Below, piece after piece: positions 62,617-64,000 of a stretch of DNA of 64,000 nt; the stretch's first letter is position 1; every line of letters begins with the position of its first letter. Where the stretch lies: assembly GCA_903922735.1 (NCBI GenBank), contig CAIXUZ010000022.1, positions 8,997 through 72,996 of the forward strand. The letters run 5' to 3'. The stretch is from an uncultured Verrucomicrobia subdivision 3 bacterium (lineage in GTDB: Bacteria; Verrucomicrobiota; Verrucomicrobiia; Limisphaerales; UBA11358). Position numbers and translations under genes: made by a program. The notes beneath the pieces were generated by a model. That model was not told the origin of the DNA and did not search any database. It was given only the letters and a program-made list of their open reading frames with translations.

Positions 62617-64000
62617 ATGAGCTTGATGCCCCATATCCTAGCCCTCCTTCGTTCGCCCAAATTCATCGTCGGCGAGTTGGTCGGATTGGCCTTATTCGGG
62701 GCTGTGGGCGCGGCGCGCGAAAACTGGCATGTCTTTAAAACCCCGGGTTTCACGGCGCTGGCGGCGCTCATGGCGGCCAGCCTCAGCCTCGTCGTCGGGG
62801 AACAGTTTCGCCGGCTGCGCGCGGGCTGGACGCGTCCGCTTGCGGAATCCTCGTTCCAATCCGCGCCGTTCCGCGCCGAATTTGAACGGCCCGCCACGTT
62901 TTCGCGGCCGGAGAAAAAAATCTGGAGCGAGCGGCGTCTTGGGCTCGCCGGTTCGTTCGTTTTTCATTCCGGTCTGCTCCTCCTTATCCTCGCCGGAATG
63001 TTGCGGGCTTTGTTTGCCGCGGATGCCATGACGGATGTTTTGGAAAATGAAACCCTCGCCCCGCAGGCCTCCGCTTGGGGCGGTCAGTTTCCCGGCGTTG
63101 CCGCCAGACCGTTCGCGCTCGACCGCGAAATGACGCTGCGCGAAGTCAAGGCCGCGCGTTATGCCGGCGGCGACCTGCAATCGCTCTCGCTGCGAATCGG
63201 CGTGGACGGCGCGGATCGGGAAATCTGCGTCAATCAGGAACTCCGGCTCGGGGGCAACCGGATTTTTTCCGCCCGCGAGTTTGGTCCGGCCGTCCTGGTG
63301 GAATCTTTGCATGCGGGTAACACTACCCGCTGCGCCGTGCTCCTCGCCGAGAACGGTGCTGGAAATTACGAAGGCGAACTGGCCCTTGCCAATAATTTGC
63401 GTGCCCACTTCCGTTCATATGTTGACCGGAACGGCACCCGTCCCGGCATTGTCGAGTTGCGGGTAATGCGCGGCCACGCCCTGCTCGCCGTTGAAAGTAT
63501 GCCGGCGGGGGCGTCGTTGGCGTTGCCGGATGACGTGAAGATCACGCTGCAAGGCTTGCCCTTTTGGGCGCGTCTCCATGGCAGCCGTGATGCTGCGCTC
63601 TGGCTGGCCTACCTCGGCATGTTGCTGACGATGACTGGCGCGGCCATGATGTTCTGTCTGGTCAAACTGGATTTCTGCGTGGTCGTCACGCCGCTGGGCA
63701 AACGGGAAAAAGTCTTCGTCGCCCTCAAGCCGCAGCGCTTCGCCCCGCTGTTTCAGGAGCGGTTTGAAAAACTCATTTGTGAATTCGGCGGCAATCATTC
63801 AATTGCAGGAATCTTGCAGCAACCGGTCGGGCGTTTCCCCCTCTCCCTGGGAGAGAGGGCCGGGGTGAGGGCGGACGTACCTCCCCCAATCCATCCATCC
63901 TCCATCCTCCATTCTCTATCCTCGTCTCCGGCTCGCACGGCTAGCTGGCTCTTGTTCGCCGCCTGTCTCGCTTTGACCTCCGGCTGCGACCGCCGCGTTT
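62617..64000 (+). CDS. ResB-like cytochrome c biogenesis protein (partial; open to the window end; not in the ORF track)
   Basis: I hand-translated this frame from the ATG at 62617 (TGAATG junction) and found no stop to 64000. The pattern of an N-terminal transmembrane segment, a second one at GSFVFHSGLLLLILAG and a C-terminal one at LWLAYLGMLLTMTGAAMMF fits ResB. The 3' part may be a read-through or a second gene. Confidence 0.5.
   Translation, partial: MSLMPHILALLRSPKFIVGELVGLALFGAVGAARENWHVFKTPGFTALAALMAASLSLVVGEQFRRLRAGWTRPLAESSFQSAPFRAEFERPATFSRPEKKIWSERRLGLAGSFVFHSGLLLLILAGMLRALFAADAMTDVLENETLAPQASAWGGQFPGVAARPFALDREMTLREVKAARYAGGDLQSLSLRIGVDGADREICVNQELRLGGNRIFSAREFGPAVLVESLHAGNTTRCAVLLAENGAGNYEGELALANNLRAHFRSYVDRNGTRPGIVELRVMRGHALLAVESMPAGASLALPDDVKITLQGLPFWARLHGSRDAALWLAYLGMLLTMTGAAMMFCLVKLDFCVVVTPLGKREKVFVALKPQRFAPLFQERFEKLICEFGGNHSIAGILQQPVGRFPLSLGERAGVRADVPPPIHPSSILHSLSSSPARTASWLLFAACLALTSGCDRRV
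63837..63871. repeat. REP-like palindromic element, copy 2
   Basis: ccccctctccctgggagagagggccggggtgaggg; compare 39-72. It lies inside the open frame of the ResB-like ORF (PLSLGERAGVRA). Confidence 0.7.

Noticed and set aside
1-64000. CRISPR arrays, rRNA genes, IS elements with terminal inverted repeats
   Set aside because: I scanned for regularly spaced direct repeats, rRNA-like conserved blocks and transposase-like ORFs. None was seen.

Overview
This 64-kb window comes from a GC-rich bacterial chromosome. Gene content suggests a PVC/Verrucomicrobia-like organism, but I cannot verify that here. The right third (45.5-64 kb) is ordinary backbone: two transketolase-family genes, a yqgE/algH-like gene, manA, accA, pgl-zwf, a polyferredoxin and a multihaem cytochrome/ResB-like cluster. 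The left 45 kb is dominated by two tRNA-associated islands. Island 1 (about 347-32331) is bracketed by a perfect 44-bp direct repeat matching the 5' half of tRNA-Ser(GCU), whose full gene is at 296-388 on the minus strand. An integrase N-terminal remnant lies next to the tRNA, and TTGCAAC/GTGCAACAG motif clusters sit at both ends. The island carries clpS, P63C-like and DUF3800-like genes, an OYE reductase, a solitary ftsA, and a liv-type ABC transporter interrupted by a low-GC two-gene insert. It also carries a defence island with a complete Wadjet jetABCD operon and an AIPR (Abi-like) gene. The most interesting part is a convergent low-GC cluster at 13.3-21.9 kb. On the plus strand, a PurA/PurZ-like enzyme with Ser in place of the catalytic P-loop Asp is translationally coupled to an 870-aa classical AAA+ protein. 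Facing it on the minus strand are a 968-aa PolX-like/PHP/DUF429-like/P-loop-kinase fusion, a deoxynucleoside-kinase-like gene and a small protein with weak primase-polymerase-like motifs. I cannot assign this cluster to any described defence or DNA-modification system. Island 2 (34535-45539) is a classical tRNA-Arg(CCG) island with 47-bp att repeats and a tyrosine integrase. It carries a type I R-M operon with an embedded membrane pentapeptide-repeat gene, followed by a co-transcribed variant GGDEF cyclase and an unknown partner. Other observations are in-frame palindromic insertions in hemL and pgl, two short repeat families (one promoter/leader-like, one 3'-UTR-like) and a frameshift splitting a decahaem cytochrome gene. 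All calls come from reading the sequence and the ORF translations; no database search was possible.
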